Positions 1 to 15,000 of a DNA stretch of 64,000 nucleotides are shown piece by piece (within the stretch, counting starts at the first letter, position 1; each line of letters begins with the position of its first letter). Origin of the DNA: Lingula anatina (lineage: Eukaryota > Animalia > Brachiopoda); the NCBI GenBank assembly GCA_051362555.1, contig CM120642.1:14384001-14448000 (forward strand), read 5' to 3'. The notes below the pieces were generated by a model that saw only the letters and a list, made by a program, of their open reading frames with translations, did no database searches and had not been told where the DNA came from. The position numbers and the translations under genes were made by a program.

Positions 1-3000
1 GCCCCTACCCAGACATGGACTTCACACTTGGATCCAAGCTAAGGTTAGTAAATTTCATTTTTTTGGGGTGGTGGGATGGGTAAATTGAAGAAATCTAATC
101 TTGTTTTTCGTTTCTTTTTATAGGACGAAGAAGATGATGAGGGACCCCACCCGAACATGGACTTCACACTTGGATCCAAGCTAAGGTTAGTAAATTTTAT
201 TTTATCGGGGTGGTGGGATGGGTAAATTAAATAAATCTAATCTTGTTTTTCATTTCTTTTTACAGGACGAAGAAGATGAAGTGAGACCCCAACCGGACAT
301 GGACTTCACCCGTGGATCCAAGCTATGGTAAGTAAATTTCATTTTTTAGGGGTGGCGGGAATGGTAAATTGAAGAAATCTAATCCTGTTTTTCTTTTCTT
401 TTTACAGGATGAAGAAGATGATGAGGGACCCCACCCAGACATGGACTTCACTTTTGGATCAAAGTTAAGGTTAGTAAATTTCATTTTTTTGGGGTGGTGG
501 GATGGGTAAATTGAAGAAATCTAATCTTGTTTTTCTTTTCTTTTTATAGGACGAAGAAGATGATGAGGGACCCCACCCAGACATGGACTTCACACTTGGA
601 TCCAAGCTAAGGTTAGTAAATTTCATTTTTTTAGGGTGGTGGGATGGGTAAATTAAATAAATCTAATCTTCTTTTTCATTTCTTTTTACAGGACGAAGAA
701 GATGAAGTGAGACCCCAACCAGTGGACTTCACCCTTGGATCCAAGCTAAGGTAAGTAAATTTTATTTTTTTGGGGTGGCGGGAATGGTAAATTGAAGAAA
801 TCTAATCCTGTTTTTCGTTTCTTTTTACAGGACAAAGAAGATGATGAGCGCCCCCAACCAGACATGGACTTCACCCTTGGATTCAAGCTAAGGTTAGTAA
901 ATTTCATTTTTTGGGGTGGGGAGATTAGTAAATTGAAGAAATCTAATCCTGTTTTTCGTTTCTTTTTACAGGACAAAGAAGATGATGAGCGCCCCCAACC
1001 GGACATGGACTTCACCCTTGGATTCAAGCTAAGGTTAGTAAATTTCATTTTTTGGGGGTGGGGGGATTAGTAAATTGAAGAAATCTAATCCTGTTTTTCG
1101 TTTCTTTTTATAGGACAAAGAAGATGATGAGCGCCCCTACCCAGACATGGACTTCACACTTGGATCCAAGCTAAGGTTAGTAAATTTTATTTTTTCGGGA
1201 TGGTGGGATGGGTAAATTGAAGAAATCTAATCTTGTTTTTCTTTTCTTTTTACAGGATGAAGAAGATGATAAGGGACCCCACCCAGACATGGACTTCACT
1301 CTTGGATCCAAGTTAAGGTTAGTAAATTTCATTTTTTTGGGGTGGTGGGGTTGGTAAATTGAATAAATCTAATCTTGTTTTTCATTTCTTTTTACAGGAT
1401 GAAGAAGATGAAGTGAGACCCCAACCGGACATGGACTTCACCCTTGGATCCAAGCTAAGGTAAGTAAATTTCATTTTTTTGGGGTGGCGGGAATGGTAAA
1501 TTGAAGAAATCTAATCCTGTTTTTCGTTTCTTTTTACAGGACAAAGAAGATGATGAGCGCCCCTTCCCAGACATGGACTTCACACTTGGATCCAAGCTAA
1601 GGTTAGTAAATTTCATTTTTTTGGGGTGGTGGGATGGGTAAATTAAATAAATCTAATCTTGTTTTTCATTTCTTTTTACAGGACGAAGAAGATGAAGTGA
1701 GACCCCAACCGGACATGGACTTCACCCGTGGATCCAAGCTAAGGTAAGTAAATTTCATTTTTTTGGGGTGGCGGGAATGGTAAATTGAAGAAATCTAATC
1801 CTGTTTTTCGTTTCTTTTTACAGGACAAAGAAGATGATGAGCGCCCCCAACCGGACATGGACTTCACCCTTGGATTCAAGCTAAGGTTAGTAAATTTCAT
1901 TTTTTAGGGGTGGGGGGATTAGTAAATTGAAGAAATCTAATCCTGTTTTTCGTTTCTTTTTACAGGACAAAGAAGATGATGAGCGCCCCTACCCAGACAT
2001 GGACTTCACACTTGGATCCAAGCTAAGGTTAGTAAATTTCATTTTTTTGGGGTGGTGGGATGGGTAAATTGAAGAAATCTAATCTTGTTTTTCTTTTCTT
2101 TTTACAGGATGAAGCAGATGATGAGGGACCCCACCCAGACATGGACTTCACACTTGGATCCAAGTTAAGGTTAGTAAATTTCATTTTTTTGGGGTGATGG
2201 GGTTGGTAAATTGAAGAAATCTAATCTTGTTTTTCATTTCTTTTTACAGGACGAAGAAGATGAAGTGAGACCCCAACCGGACATGGACTTCACCCTTGGA
2301 TCCAAGCTAAGGTAAGTAAATTTCATTTTTTTGGGGTGGCGGGAATGGTAAATTGAAGAAATCTAATCCTGTTTTTCGTTTCTTTTTACAGGACAAAGAA
2401 GATGATGAGCGCCCCCAACCGGACATGGACTTCACCCTTGGATTCAAGCTAAGGTTAGTAAATTTCATTTTTTGGGGGTGGGGGGATTAGTAAATTGAAG
2501 AAATCTAATCCTGTTTTTCGTTTCTTTTTACAGGACAAAGAAGATGATGAACGCCCCTACCCAGACATGGACTTCACACTTGGATCCAAGCTAAGGTTAG
2601 TAAATTTCATTTTTTTGGGGTGGTGGGATGGGTAAATTGAAGAAATCTAATCTTGTTTTTCGTTTCTTTTTATAGGACGAAGAAGATGATGAGGGACCCC
2701 ACCCGAACATGGACTTCACACTTGGATCCAAGCTAAGGTTAGTAAATTTTATTTTATCGGGGTGGTGGGATGGGTAAATTAAATAAATCTAATCTTGTTT
2801 TTCATTTCTTTTTACAGGACGAAGAAGATGAAGTGAGACCCCAACCGGACATGGACTTCACCCGTGGATCCAAGCTATGGTAAGTAAATTTCATTTTTTA
2901 GGGGTGGCGGGAATGGTAAATTGAAGAAATCTAATCCTGTTTTTCTTTTCTTTTTACAGGATGAAGAAGATGATGAGGGACCCCACCCAGACATGGACTT

Positions 3001-6000
3001 CACTTTTGGATCAAAGTTAAGGTTAGTAAATTTCATTTTTTTGGGGTGGTGGGATGGGTAAATTGAAGAAATCTAATCTTGTTTTTCTTTTCTTTTTATA
3101 GGACGAAGAAGATGATGAGGGACCCCACCCAGACGTGGACTTCACACTTGGATCCAAGCTAAGGTTAGTAAATTTCATTTTTTTAGGGTGGTGGGATGGG
3201 TAAATTAAATAAATCTAATCTTCTTTTTCATTTCTTTTTACAGGACGAAGAAGATGAAGTGAGACCCCAACCAGTGGACTTCACCCTTGGATCCAAGCTA
3301 AGGTAAGTAAATTTTATTTTTTTGGGGTGGCGGGAATGGTAAATTGAAGAAATCTAATCCTGTTTTTCGTTTCTTTTTACAGGACAAAGAAGATGATGAG
3401 CGCCCCCAACCAGACATGGACTTCACCCTTGGATTCAAGCTAAGGTTAGTAAATTTCATTTTTTGGGGTGGGGAGATTAGTAAATTGAAGAAATCTAATC
3501 CTGTTTTTCGTTTCTTTTTACAGGACAAAGAAGATGATGAGCGCCCCCAACCGGACATGGACTTCACCCTTGGATTCAAGCTAAGGTTAGTAAATTTCAT
3601 TTTTTGGGGGTGGGGGGATTAGTAAATTGAAGAAATCTAATCCTGTTTTTCATTTCTTTTTACAGGACAAAGAAGATGATGAGCGCCCCTACCCAGACAT
3701 GGACTTCACACTTGGATCCAAGCTAAGGTTAGTAAATTTTATTTTTTCGGGATGGTGGGATGGGTAAATTGAAGAAATCTAATCTTGTTTTTCTTTTCTT
3801 TTTACAGGATGAAGAAGATGATAAGGGACCCCACCCAGACATGGACTTCACTCTTGGATCCAAGTTAAGGTTAGTAAATTTCATTTTTTTGGGGTGGTGG
3901 GGTTGGTAAATTGAATAAATCTAATCTTGTTTTTCATTTCTTTTTACAGGATGAAGAAGATGAAGTGAGACCCCAACCGGACATGGACTTCACCCTTGGA
4001 TCCAAGCTAAGGTAAGTAAATTTCATTTTTTTGGGGTGGCGGGAATGGTAAATTGAAGAAATCTAATCCTGTTTTTCGTTTCTTTTTACAGGACAAAGAA
4101 GATGATGAGCGCCCCTTCCCAGACATGGACTTCACACTTGGATCCAAGTTAAGGTTAGTAAATTTCATTTTTTTGGGGTGATGGGGTTGGTAAATTGAAG
4201 AAATCTAATCTTGTTTTTCATTTCTTTTTACAGGACGAAGAAGATGAAGTGAGACCCCAACCGGACATGGACTTCACCCTTGGATCCAAGCTAAGGTAAG
4301 TAAATTTCATTTTTTTGGGGTGGCGGGAATGGTAAATTGAAGAAATCTAATCCTGTTTTTCGTTTCTTTTTACAGGACAAAGAAGATGATGAGCGCCCCC
4401 AACCGGACATGGACTTCACCCTTGGATTCAAGCTAAGGTTAGTAAATTTCATTTTTTGGGGGTGGGGGGATTAGTAAATTGAAGAAATCTAATCCTGTTT
4501 TTCGTTTCTTTTTACAGGACAAAGAAGATGATGAACGCCCCTACCCAGACATGGACTTCACACTTGGATCCAAGCTAAGGTTAGTAAATTTCATTTTTTT
4601 GGGGTGGTGGGATGGGTAAATTGAAGAAATCTAATCTTGTTTTTCGTTTCTTTTTATAGGACGAAGAAGATGATGAGGGACCCCACCCGAACATGGACTT
4701 CACACTTGGATCCAAGCTAAGGTTAGTAAATTTTATTTTATCGGGGTGGTGGGATGGGTAAATTAAATAAATCTAATCTTGTTTTTCATTTCTTTTTACA
4801 GGACGAAGAAGATGAAGTGAGACCCCAACCGGACATGGACTTCACCCGTGGATCCAAGCTATGGTAAGTAAATTTCATTTTTTAGGGGTGGCGGGAATGG
4901 TAAATTGAAGAAATCTAATCTTGTTTTTCTTTTCTTTTTATAGGACGAAGAAGATGATGAGGGACCCCACCCAGACATGGACTTCACACTTGGATCCAAG
5001 CTAAGGTTAGTAAATTTCATTTTTTTAGGGTGGTGGGATGGGTAAATTAAATAAATCTAATCTTCTTTTTCATTTCTTTTTACAGGACGAAGAAGATGAA
5101 GTGAGACCCCAACCAGTGGACTTCACCCTTGGATCCAAGCTAAGGTAAGTAAATTTTATTTTTTTGGGGTGGCGGGAATGGTAAATTGAAGAAATCTAAT
5201 CCTGTTTTTCGTTTCTTTTTACAGGACAAAGAAGATGATGAGCGCCCCCAACCAGACATGGACTTCACCCTTGGATTCAAGCTAAGGTTAGTAAATTTCA
5301 TTTTTTGGGGTGGGGAGATTAGTAAATTGAAGAAATCTAATCCTGTTTTTCGTTTCTTTTTACAGGACAAAGAAGATGATGAGCGCCCCCAACCGGACAT
5401 GGACTTCACCCTTGGATTCAAGCTAAGGTTAGTAAATTTCATTTTTTGGGGGTGGGGGGATTAGTAAATTGAAGAAATCTAATCCTGTTTTTCGTTTCTT
5501 TTTACAGGACAAAGAAGATGATGAGCGCCCCTACCCAGACATGGACTTCACACTTGGATCCAAGCTAAGGTTAGTAAATTTTATTTTTTCGGGATGGTGG
5601 GATGGGTAAATTGAAGAAATCTAATCTTGTTTTTCTTTTCTTTTTACAGGATGAAGAAGATGATAATGGACCCCACCCAGACATGGACTTCACTCTTGGA
5701 TCCAAGTTAAGGTTAGTAAATTTCATTTTTTTGGGGTGGTGGGGTTGGTAAATTGAATAAATCTAATCTTGTTTTTCATTTCTTTTTACAGGATGAAGAA
5801 GATGAAGTGAGACCCCAACCGGACATGGACTTCACCCTTGGATCCAAGCTAAGGTAAGTAAATTTCATTTTTTTGGGGTGGCGGGAATGGTAAATTGAAG
5901 AAATCTAATCCTGTTTTTCGTTTCTTTTTACAGGACAAAGAAGATGATGAGCGCCCCTTCCCAGACATGGACTTCACACTTGGATCCAAGCTAAGGTTAG

Positions 6001-9000
6001 TAAATTTCATTTTTTTGGGGTGGTGGGATGGGTAAATTAAATAAATCTAATCTTGTTTTTCATTTCTTTTTACAGGACGAAGAAGATGAAGTGAGACCCC
6101 AACCGGACATGGACTTCACCCGTGGATCCAAGCTAAGGTAAGTAAATTTCATTTTTTTGGGGTGGCGGGAATGGTAAATTGAAGAAATCTAATCCTGTTT
6201 TTCGTTTCTTTTTACAGGACAAAGAAGATGATGAGCGCCCCCAACCGGACATGGACTTCACCCTTGGATTCAAGCTAAGGTTAGTAAATTTCATTTTTTA
6301 GGGGTGGGGGGATTAGTAAATTGAAGAAATCTAATCCTGTTTTTCGTTTCTTTTTACAGGACAAAGAAGATGATGAGCGCCCCTACCCAGACATGGACTT
6401 CACACTTGGATCCAAGCTAAGGTTAGTAAATTTCATTTTTTTGGGGTGGTGGGATGGGTAAATTGAAGAAATCTAATCTTGTTTTTCTTTTCTTTTTACA
6501 GGATGAAGCAGATGATGAGGGACCCCACCCAGACATGGACTTCACACTTGGATCCAAGTTAAGGTTAGTAAATTTCATTTTTTTGGGGTGATGGGGTTGG
6601 TAAATTGAAGAAATCTAATCTTGTTTTTCATTTCTTTTTACAGGACGAAGAAGATGAAGTGAGACCCCAACCGGACATGGACTTCACCCTTGGATCCAAG
6701 CTAAGGTAAGTAAATTTCATTTTTTGGGGGTGGCGGGAATGGTAAATTGAAGAAATCTAATCCTGTTTTTCGTTTCTTTTTACAGGACAAAGAAGATGAT
6801 GAGCGCCCCCAACCGGACATGGACTTCACCCTTGGATTCAAGCTAAGGTTAGTAAATTTCATTTTTTGGGGGTGGGGGGATTAGTAAATTGAAGAAATCT
6901 AATCCTGTTTTTCGTTTCTTTTTACAGGACAAAGAAGATGATGAACGCCCCTACCCAGACATGGACTTCACACTTGGATCCAAGCTAAGGTTAGTAAATT
7001 TCATTTTTTTGGGGTGGTGGGATGGGTAAATTGAAGAAATCTAATCTTGTTTTTCGTTTCTTTTTATAGGACGAAGAAGATGATGAGGGACCCCACCCGA
7101 ACATGGACTTCACACTTGGATCCAAGCTAAGGTTAGTAAATTTTATTTTATCGGGGTGGTGGGATGGGTAAATTAAATAAATCTAATCTTGTTTTTCATT
7201 TCTTTTTACAGGACGAAGAAGATGAAGTGAGACCCCAACCGGACATGGACTTCACCCGTGGATCCAAGCTATTGTAAGTAAATTTCATTTTTTAGGGGTG
7301 GCGGGAATGGTAAATTGAAGAAATCTAATCCTGTTTTTCTTTTCTTTTTACAGGATGAAGAAGATGATGAGGGACCCCACCCAGACATGGACTTCACTTT
7401 TGGATCAAAGTTAAGGTTAGTAAATTTCATTTTTTTGGGGTGGTGGGATGGGTAAATTGAAGAAATCTAATCTTGTTTTTCTTTTCTTTTTATAGGACGA
7501 AGAAGATGATGAGGGACCCCACCCAGACATGGACTTCACACTTGGATCCAAGCTAAGGTTAGTAAATTTCATTTTTTTAGGGTGGTGGGATGGGTAAATT
7601 AAATAAATCTAATCTTCTTTTTCATTTCTTTTTACAGGACGAAGAAGATGAAGTGAGACCCCAACCAATGGACTTCACCCTTGGATCCAAGCTAAGGTAA
7701 GTAAATTTTATTTTTTTGGGGTGGCGGGAATGGTAAATTGAAGAAATCTAATCCTGTTTTTCGTTTCTTTTTACAGGACAAAGAAGATGATGAGCGCCCC
7801 CAACCAGACATGGACTTCACCCTTGGATTCAAGCTAAGGTTAGTAAATTTCATTTTTTGGGGTGGGGAGATTAGTAAATTGAAGAAATCTAATCCTGTTT
7901 TTCGTTTCTTTTTACAGGACAAAGAAGATGATGAGCGCCCCCAACCGGACATGGACTTCACCCTTGGATTCAAGCTAAGGTTAGTAAATTTCATTTTTTG
8001 GGGGTGGGGGGATTAGTAAATTGAAGAAATCTAATCCTGTTTTTCGTTTCTTTTTACAGGACAAAGAAGATGATGAGCGCCCCTACCCAGACATGGACTT
8101 CACACTTGGATCCAAGCTAAGGTTAGTAAATTTTATTTTTTCGGGATGGTGGGATGGGTAAATTGAAGAAATCTAATCTTGTTTTTCTTTTCTTTTTACA
8201 GGATGAAGAAGATGATAAGGGACCCCACCCAGACATGGACTTCACTCTTGGATCCAAGTTAAGGTTAGTAAATTTCATTTTTTTGGGGTGATGGGGTTGG
8301 TAAATTGAATAAATCTAATCTTGTTTTTCATTTCTTTTTACAGGATGAAGAAGATGAAGTGAGACCCCAACCGGACATGGACTTCACCCTTGGATCCAAG
8401 CTAAGGTAAGTAAATTTCATTTTTTTGGGGTGGCGGGAATGGTAAATTGAAGAAATCTAATCCTGTTTTTCGTTTCTTTTTACAGGACAAAGAAGATGAT
8501 GAGCGCCCCTTCCCAGACATGGACTTCACACTTGGATCCAAGCTAAGGTTAGTAAATTTCATTTTTTTGGGGTGGTGGGATGGGTAAATTAAATAAATCT
8601 AATCTTGTTTTTCATTTCTTTTTACAGGACGAAGAAGATGAAGTGAGACCCCAACCGGACATGGACTTCACCCGTGGATCCAAGCTAAGGTAAGTAAATT
8701 TCATTTTTTTTGGGGTGGCGGGAATGGTAAATTGAAGAAATCTAATGCTGTTTTTCGTTTCTTTTTACAGGACAAAGAAGGTGATGAGCGCCCCCAACCG
8801 GACATGGACTTCACCCTTGGATTCAAGCTAAGGTTAGTAAATTTCATTTTTTAGGGGTGGGGGGATTAGTAAATTGAAGAAATCTAATCCTGTTTTTCGT
8901 TTCTTTTTACAGGACAAAGAAGATGATGAGCGCCCCTACCCAGACATGGAGTTCACACTTGGATCCAAGCTAAGGTTAGTAAATTTCATTTTTTTTGGGG

Positions 9001-12000
9001 TGGTGGGATGGGTAAATTGAAGAAATCTAATCTTGTTTTTCATTTCTTTTTACAGGATGAAGCAGATGATGAGGGACCCCACCCAGACATGGACTTCACA
9101 CTTGGATCCAAGTTAAGGTTAGTAAATTTCATTTTTTTGGGGTGATGGGGTTGGTAAATTGAAGAAATCTAATCTTGTTTTTCATTTCTTTTTACAGGAC
9201 GAAGAAGATGAAGTGAGACCCCAACCGGACATGGACTTCACCCTTGGATCCAAGCTAAGGTAAGTAAATTTCATTTTTTTGGGGTGGCGGGAATGGTAAA
9301 TTGAAGAAATCTAATCCTGTTTTTCGTTTCTTTTTACAGGACAAAGAAGATGATGAGCGCCCCCAACCGGACATGGACTTCACCCTTGGATCCAAGCTAA
9401 GGTAAGTAAATTTCATTTTTTGGGGTGGCGGGAATGGTAAATTGAAGAAATCTAATCTTGTTTTTCTTTTTTTTTTACAGGATGAAGAAGATGATGAGGG
9501 ACCCCACCCAGACATGGACTTCACTCTTGGATCCAAGTTAAGGTTAGTAAATTTCATTTTTTTGGGGTGATGGGGTTGGTAAATTGAAGAAATCTAATCT
9601 TGTTTTTCATTTCTTTTTACAGGACGAAGAAGATGAAGTGAGACCCCAACCGGACATGGACTTCACCCTTGGATCCAAGCTAAGGTAAGTAAATTTCATT
9701 TTTTTGGGGTGGCGGGAATGGTAAATTGAAGAAATCTAATCCTGTTTTTCGTTTCTTTTTACAGGACAAAGAAGATGATGAGCGCCCCCAACCGGACATG
9801 GACTTCACCCTTGGATTCAAGCTAAGGTTAGTAAATTTCATTTTTTGGGGGTGGGGGGATTAGTAAATTGAAGTAATCTAATCCTGTTTTTCGTTTCTTT
9901 TTACAGGACAAAGAAGATGATGAGCGCCCCTACCCAGACATGGACTTCACACTTGGATCCAAGCTAAGGTTAGTAAATTTCATTTTTTTGGGGTGATGGG
10001 GTTGGTAAATTGAAGAAATCTAATCCTGTTTTTCGTTTCTTTTTACAGGACGAAGAAGATGAAGTGAGACCCCAACCGGACATGGACTTCACCCTTGGAT
10101 CCAAGCTAAGGTAAGTAAATTTCATTTTTTTGGGGTGGCGGGAATGGTAAATTGAAGAAATCTAATCCTGTTTTTCGTTTCTTTTTACAGGACAAAGAAG
10201 ATGATGAGCGCCCCCAACCGGACATGGACTTCACCCTTGGATCCAAGCTAAGGTAAGTAAATTTCATTTTTTGGGGTGGCGGGAATGGTAAATTGAAGAA
10301 ATCTAATCTTGTTTTTCTTTTTTTTTTACAGGATGAAGAAGATGATGAGGGACCCCACCCAGACATGGACTTCACTCTTGGATCCAAGTTAAGGTTAGTA
10401 AATTTCATTTTTTTGGGGTGATGGGGTTGGTAAATTGAAGAAATCTAATCTTGTTTTTCATTTCTTTTTACAGGACGAAGAAGATGAAGTGAGACCCCAA
10501 CCGGACATGGACTTCACCCTTGGATCCAAGCTAAGGTAAGTAAATTTCATTTTTTTGGGGTGGCGGGAATGGTAAATTGAAGAAATCTAATCCTGTTTTT
10601 CGTTTCTTTTTACAGGACAAAGAAGATGATGAGCGCCCCCAACCGGACATGGACTTCACCCTTGGATTCAAGCTAAGGTTAGTAAATTTCATTTTTTGGG
10701 GGTGGGGGGATTAGTAAATTGAAGTAATCTAATCCTGTTTTTCGTTTCTTTTTACAGGACAAAGAAGATGATGAGCGCCCCTACCCAGACATGGACTTCA
10801 CACTTGGATCCAAGCTAAGGTTAGTAAATTTCATTTTTTTGGGGTGATGGGGTTGGTAAATTGAAGAAATCTAATCCTGTTTTTCGTTTCTTTTTACAGG
10901 ACGAAGAAGATGAAGTGAGACCCCAACCGGACATGGACTTCACCCTTGGATCTAAGCTAAGGTAAGTAAATTTCATTTTTTTGGGGTGGCGGGAATGGTA
11001 AATTGAAGAAATCTAATCTTGTTTTTCTTTTCTTTTTATAGGACGAAGAAGATGATGAGGGACCCCACCCAGACATGGACTTCACACTTGGATCCAAGCT
11101 AAGGTTAGTAAATTTCATTTTTTTAGGGTGGTGGGATGGGTAAATTAAATAAATCTAATCTTCTTTTTCATTTCTTTTTACAGGACGAAGAAGATGAAGT
11201 GAGACCCCAACCAATGGACTTCACCCTTGGATCCAAGCTAAGGTAAGTAAATTTTATTTTTTTGGGGTGGCGGGAATGGTAAATTGAAGAAATCTAATCC
11301 TGTTTTTCGTTTCTTTTTACAGGACAAAGAAGATGATGAGCGCCCCCAACCAGACATGGACTTCACCCTTGGATTCAAGCTAAGGTTAGTAAATTTCATT
11401 TTTTGGGGGTGGGGGGATTAGTAAATTGAAGAAATCTAATCCTGTTTTTCGTTTCTTTTTACAGGACAAAGAAGATGATGAGCGCCTCTACCCAGACATG
11501 GACTTCACACTTGGATCCAAGCTAAGGTTAGTAAATTTTATTTTTTCGGGATGGTGGGATGGGTAAATTGAAGAAATCTAATCTTGTTTTTCTTTTCTTT
11601 TTACAGGATGAAGAAGATGATAAGGGACCCCACCCAGACATGGACTTCACTCTTGGATCCAAGTTAAGGTTAGTAAATTTCATTTTTTTGGGGTGGCGGG
11701 AATGGTAAATTGAAGAAATCTAATCCTGTTTTTCGTTTCTTTTTACAGGACAAAGAAGATGATGAGCGCCCCTTCCCAGACATGGACTTCACACTTGGAT
11801 CCAAGCTAAGGTTAGTAAATTTCATTTTTTTTGGGGTGGTGGGATGGGTAAATTAAATAAATCTAATCTTGTTTTTCATTTCTTTTTACAGGACGAAGAA
11901 GATGAAGTGAGACCCCAACCGGACATGGACTTCACCCGTGGATCCAAGCTAAGGTAAGTAAATTTCATTTTTTTGGGGTGGCGGGAATGGTAAATTGAAG

Positions 12001-15000
12001 AAATCTAATCCTGTTTTTCGTTTCTTTTTACAGGACAAAGAAGATGATGAGCGCCCCCAACCGGACATGGACTTCACCCTTGGATTCAAGCTAAGGTTAG
12101 TAAATTTCATTTTTTAGGGGTGGGGGGATTAGTAAATTGAAGAAATCTAATCCTGTTTTTCGTTTCTTTTTACAGGACAAAGAAGATGATGAGCGCCCCT
12201 ACCCAGACATGGACTTCACACTTGGATCCAAGCTAAGGTTAGTAAATTTCATTTTTTTGGGGTGGTGGGATGGGTAAATTGAAGAAATCTAATCTTGTTT
12301 TTCTTTTCTTTTTACAGGATGAAGCAGATGATGAGGGACCCCACCCAGACATGGACTTCACACTTGGATCCAAGTTAAGGTTAGTAAATTTCATTTTTTT
12401 GGGGTGATGGGGTTGGTAAATTGAAGAAATCTAATCTTGTTTTTCATTTCTTTTTACAGGACGAAGAAGATGAAGTGAGACCCCAACCGGACATGGACTT
12501 CACCCTTGGATCCAAGCTAAGGTAAGTAAATTTCATTTTTTTGGGGTGGCGGGAATGGTAAATTGAAGAAATCTAATCCTGTTTTTCGTTTCTTTTTACA
12601 GGACAAAGAAGATGATGAGCGCCCCCAACCGGACATGGACTTCACCCTTGGATCCAAGCTAAGGTAAGTAAATTTCATTTTTTGGGGTGGCGGGAATGGT
12701 AAATTGAAGAAATCTAATCTTGTTTTTCTTTTTTTTTTACAGGATGAAGAAGATGATGAGGGACCCCACCCAGACATGGACTTCACTCTTGGATCCAAGT
12801 TAAGGTTAGTAAATTTCATTTTTTTGGGGTGATGGGGTTGGTAAATTGAAGAAATCTAATCTTGTTTTTCATTTCTTTTTACAGGACGAAGAAGATGAAG
12901 TGAGACCCCAACCGGACATGGACTTCACCCTTGGATCCAAGCTAAGGTAAGTAAATTTCATTTTTTTGGGGTGGCGGGAATGGTAAATTGAAGAAATCTA
13001 ATTCTGTTTTTCGTTTCTTTTTACAGGACAAAGAAGATGATGAGCGCCCCCAACCGGACATGGACTTCACCCTTGGATTCAAGCTAAGGTTAGTAAATTT
13101 CATTTTTTGGGGGTGGGGGGATTAGTAAATTGAAGTAATCTAATCCTGTTTTTCGTTTCTTTTTACAGGACAAAGAAGATGATGAGCGCCCCTACCCAGA
13201 CATGGACTTCACACTTGGATCCAAGCTAAGGTTAGTAAATTTCATTTTTTTGGGGTGATGGGGTTGGTAAATTGAAGAAATCTAATCCTGTTTTTCATTT
13301 CTTTTTACAGGACGAAGAAGATGAAGTGAGACCCCAACCGGACATGGACTTCACCCTTGGATCCAAGCTAAGGTAAGTAAATTTCATTTTTTTGGGGTGG
13401 CGGGAATGGTAAATTGAAGAAATCTAATCTTGTTTTTCTTTTCTTTTTATAGGACGAAGAAGATGATGAGGGACCCCACCCAGACATGGACTTCACACTT
13501 GGATCCAAGCTAAGGTTAGTAAATTTCATTTTTTTAGGGTGGTGGGATGGGTAAATTAAATAAATCTAATCTTCTTTTTCATTTCTTTTTACAGGACGAA
13601 GAAGATGAAGTGAGACCCCAACCAATGGACTTCACCCTTGGATCCAAGCTAAGGTAAGTAAATTTTATTTTTTTGGGGTGGCGGGAATGGTAAATTGAAG
13701 AAATCTAATCCTGTTTTTCGTTTCTTTTTACAGGACAAAGAAGATGATGAGCGCCCCCAACCAGACATGGACTTCACCCTTGGATTCAAGCTAAGGTTAG
13801 TAAATTTCATTTTTTTGGGTGGGGAGATTAGTAAATTGAAGAAATCTAATCCTGTTTTTCGTTTCTTTTTACAGGACAAAGAAGATGATGAGCGCCCCCA
13901 ACCGGACATGGACTTCACCCTTGGATTCAAGCTAAGGTTAGTAAATTTCATTTTTTGGGGGTGGGGGGATTAGTAAATTGAAGAAATCTAATCCTGTTTT
14001 TCGTTTCTTTTTACAGGACAAAGAAGATGATGAGCGCCCCTACCCAGACATGGACTTCACACTTGGATCCAAGCTAAGGTTAGTAAATTTTATTTTTTCG
14101 GGGTGGTGGGATGGGTAAATTGAAGAAATCTAATCTTGTTTTTCGTTTCTTTTTATAGGACGAAGAAGATGATGAGGGACCCCACTCGGACATGGACTTC
14201 ACACTTGGATCCAAGCTAAGGTTAGTAAATTTCATTTTTTTGGGGTGGTGGGATGGGTAAATTGAAGAAATCTAATCTTGTTTTTCTTTTATTTTTACAG
14301 GATGAAGAAGATGATGAGGGACCCCACCCAGACATGGAATTCACTCTTGGATCCAAGTTAAGGTTAGTAAATTTCATTATTTTGGGGTGATGGGGTTGGT
14401 AAATTGAAGAAATCTAATCCTGTTTTTCTTTTCTTTTTACCGGACGAAGAAGATGAAGTGAGACCCCAACCGGACATGGACTTCACCCTTGGATCCAAGC
14501 TAAGGTAAGTAAATTTCATTTTTTTGGGGTGGCGGGAATGGTAAATTGAAGAAATCTAATCCTGTTTTTCGTTTCTTTTTACAGGACAAAGAAGATGATG
14601 AGCGCCCCCAACCGGACATGGACTTCACCCTTGGATTCAAGCTAAGGTTAGTAAATTTCATTTTTTGGGGGTGGGGGGATTAGTAAATTGACGAAATCTA
14701 ATCCTGTTTTTCGTTTCTTTTTACAGGACAAAGAAGATGATGAACGCCCCTACCCAGACATGGACTTCACACTTGGATCCAAGCTAAGGTTAGTAAATTT
14801 CATTTTTTTGGGGTGGTGGGATGGGTAAATTGAAGAAATCTAATCTTGTTTTTCGTTTCTTTTTATAGGACGAAGAAGATGATGAGGGACCCCACCCGGA
14901 CATGGACTTCACACTTGGATCCAAGCTAAGGTTAGTAAATTTCATTTTTTTGGGGTGGTGGGATGGGTAAATTGAAGAAATCTAATCTTGTTTTTCTTTT

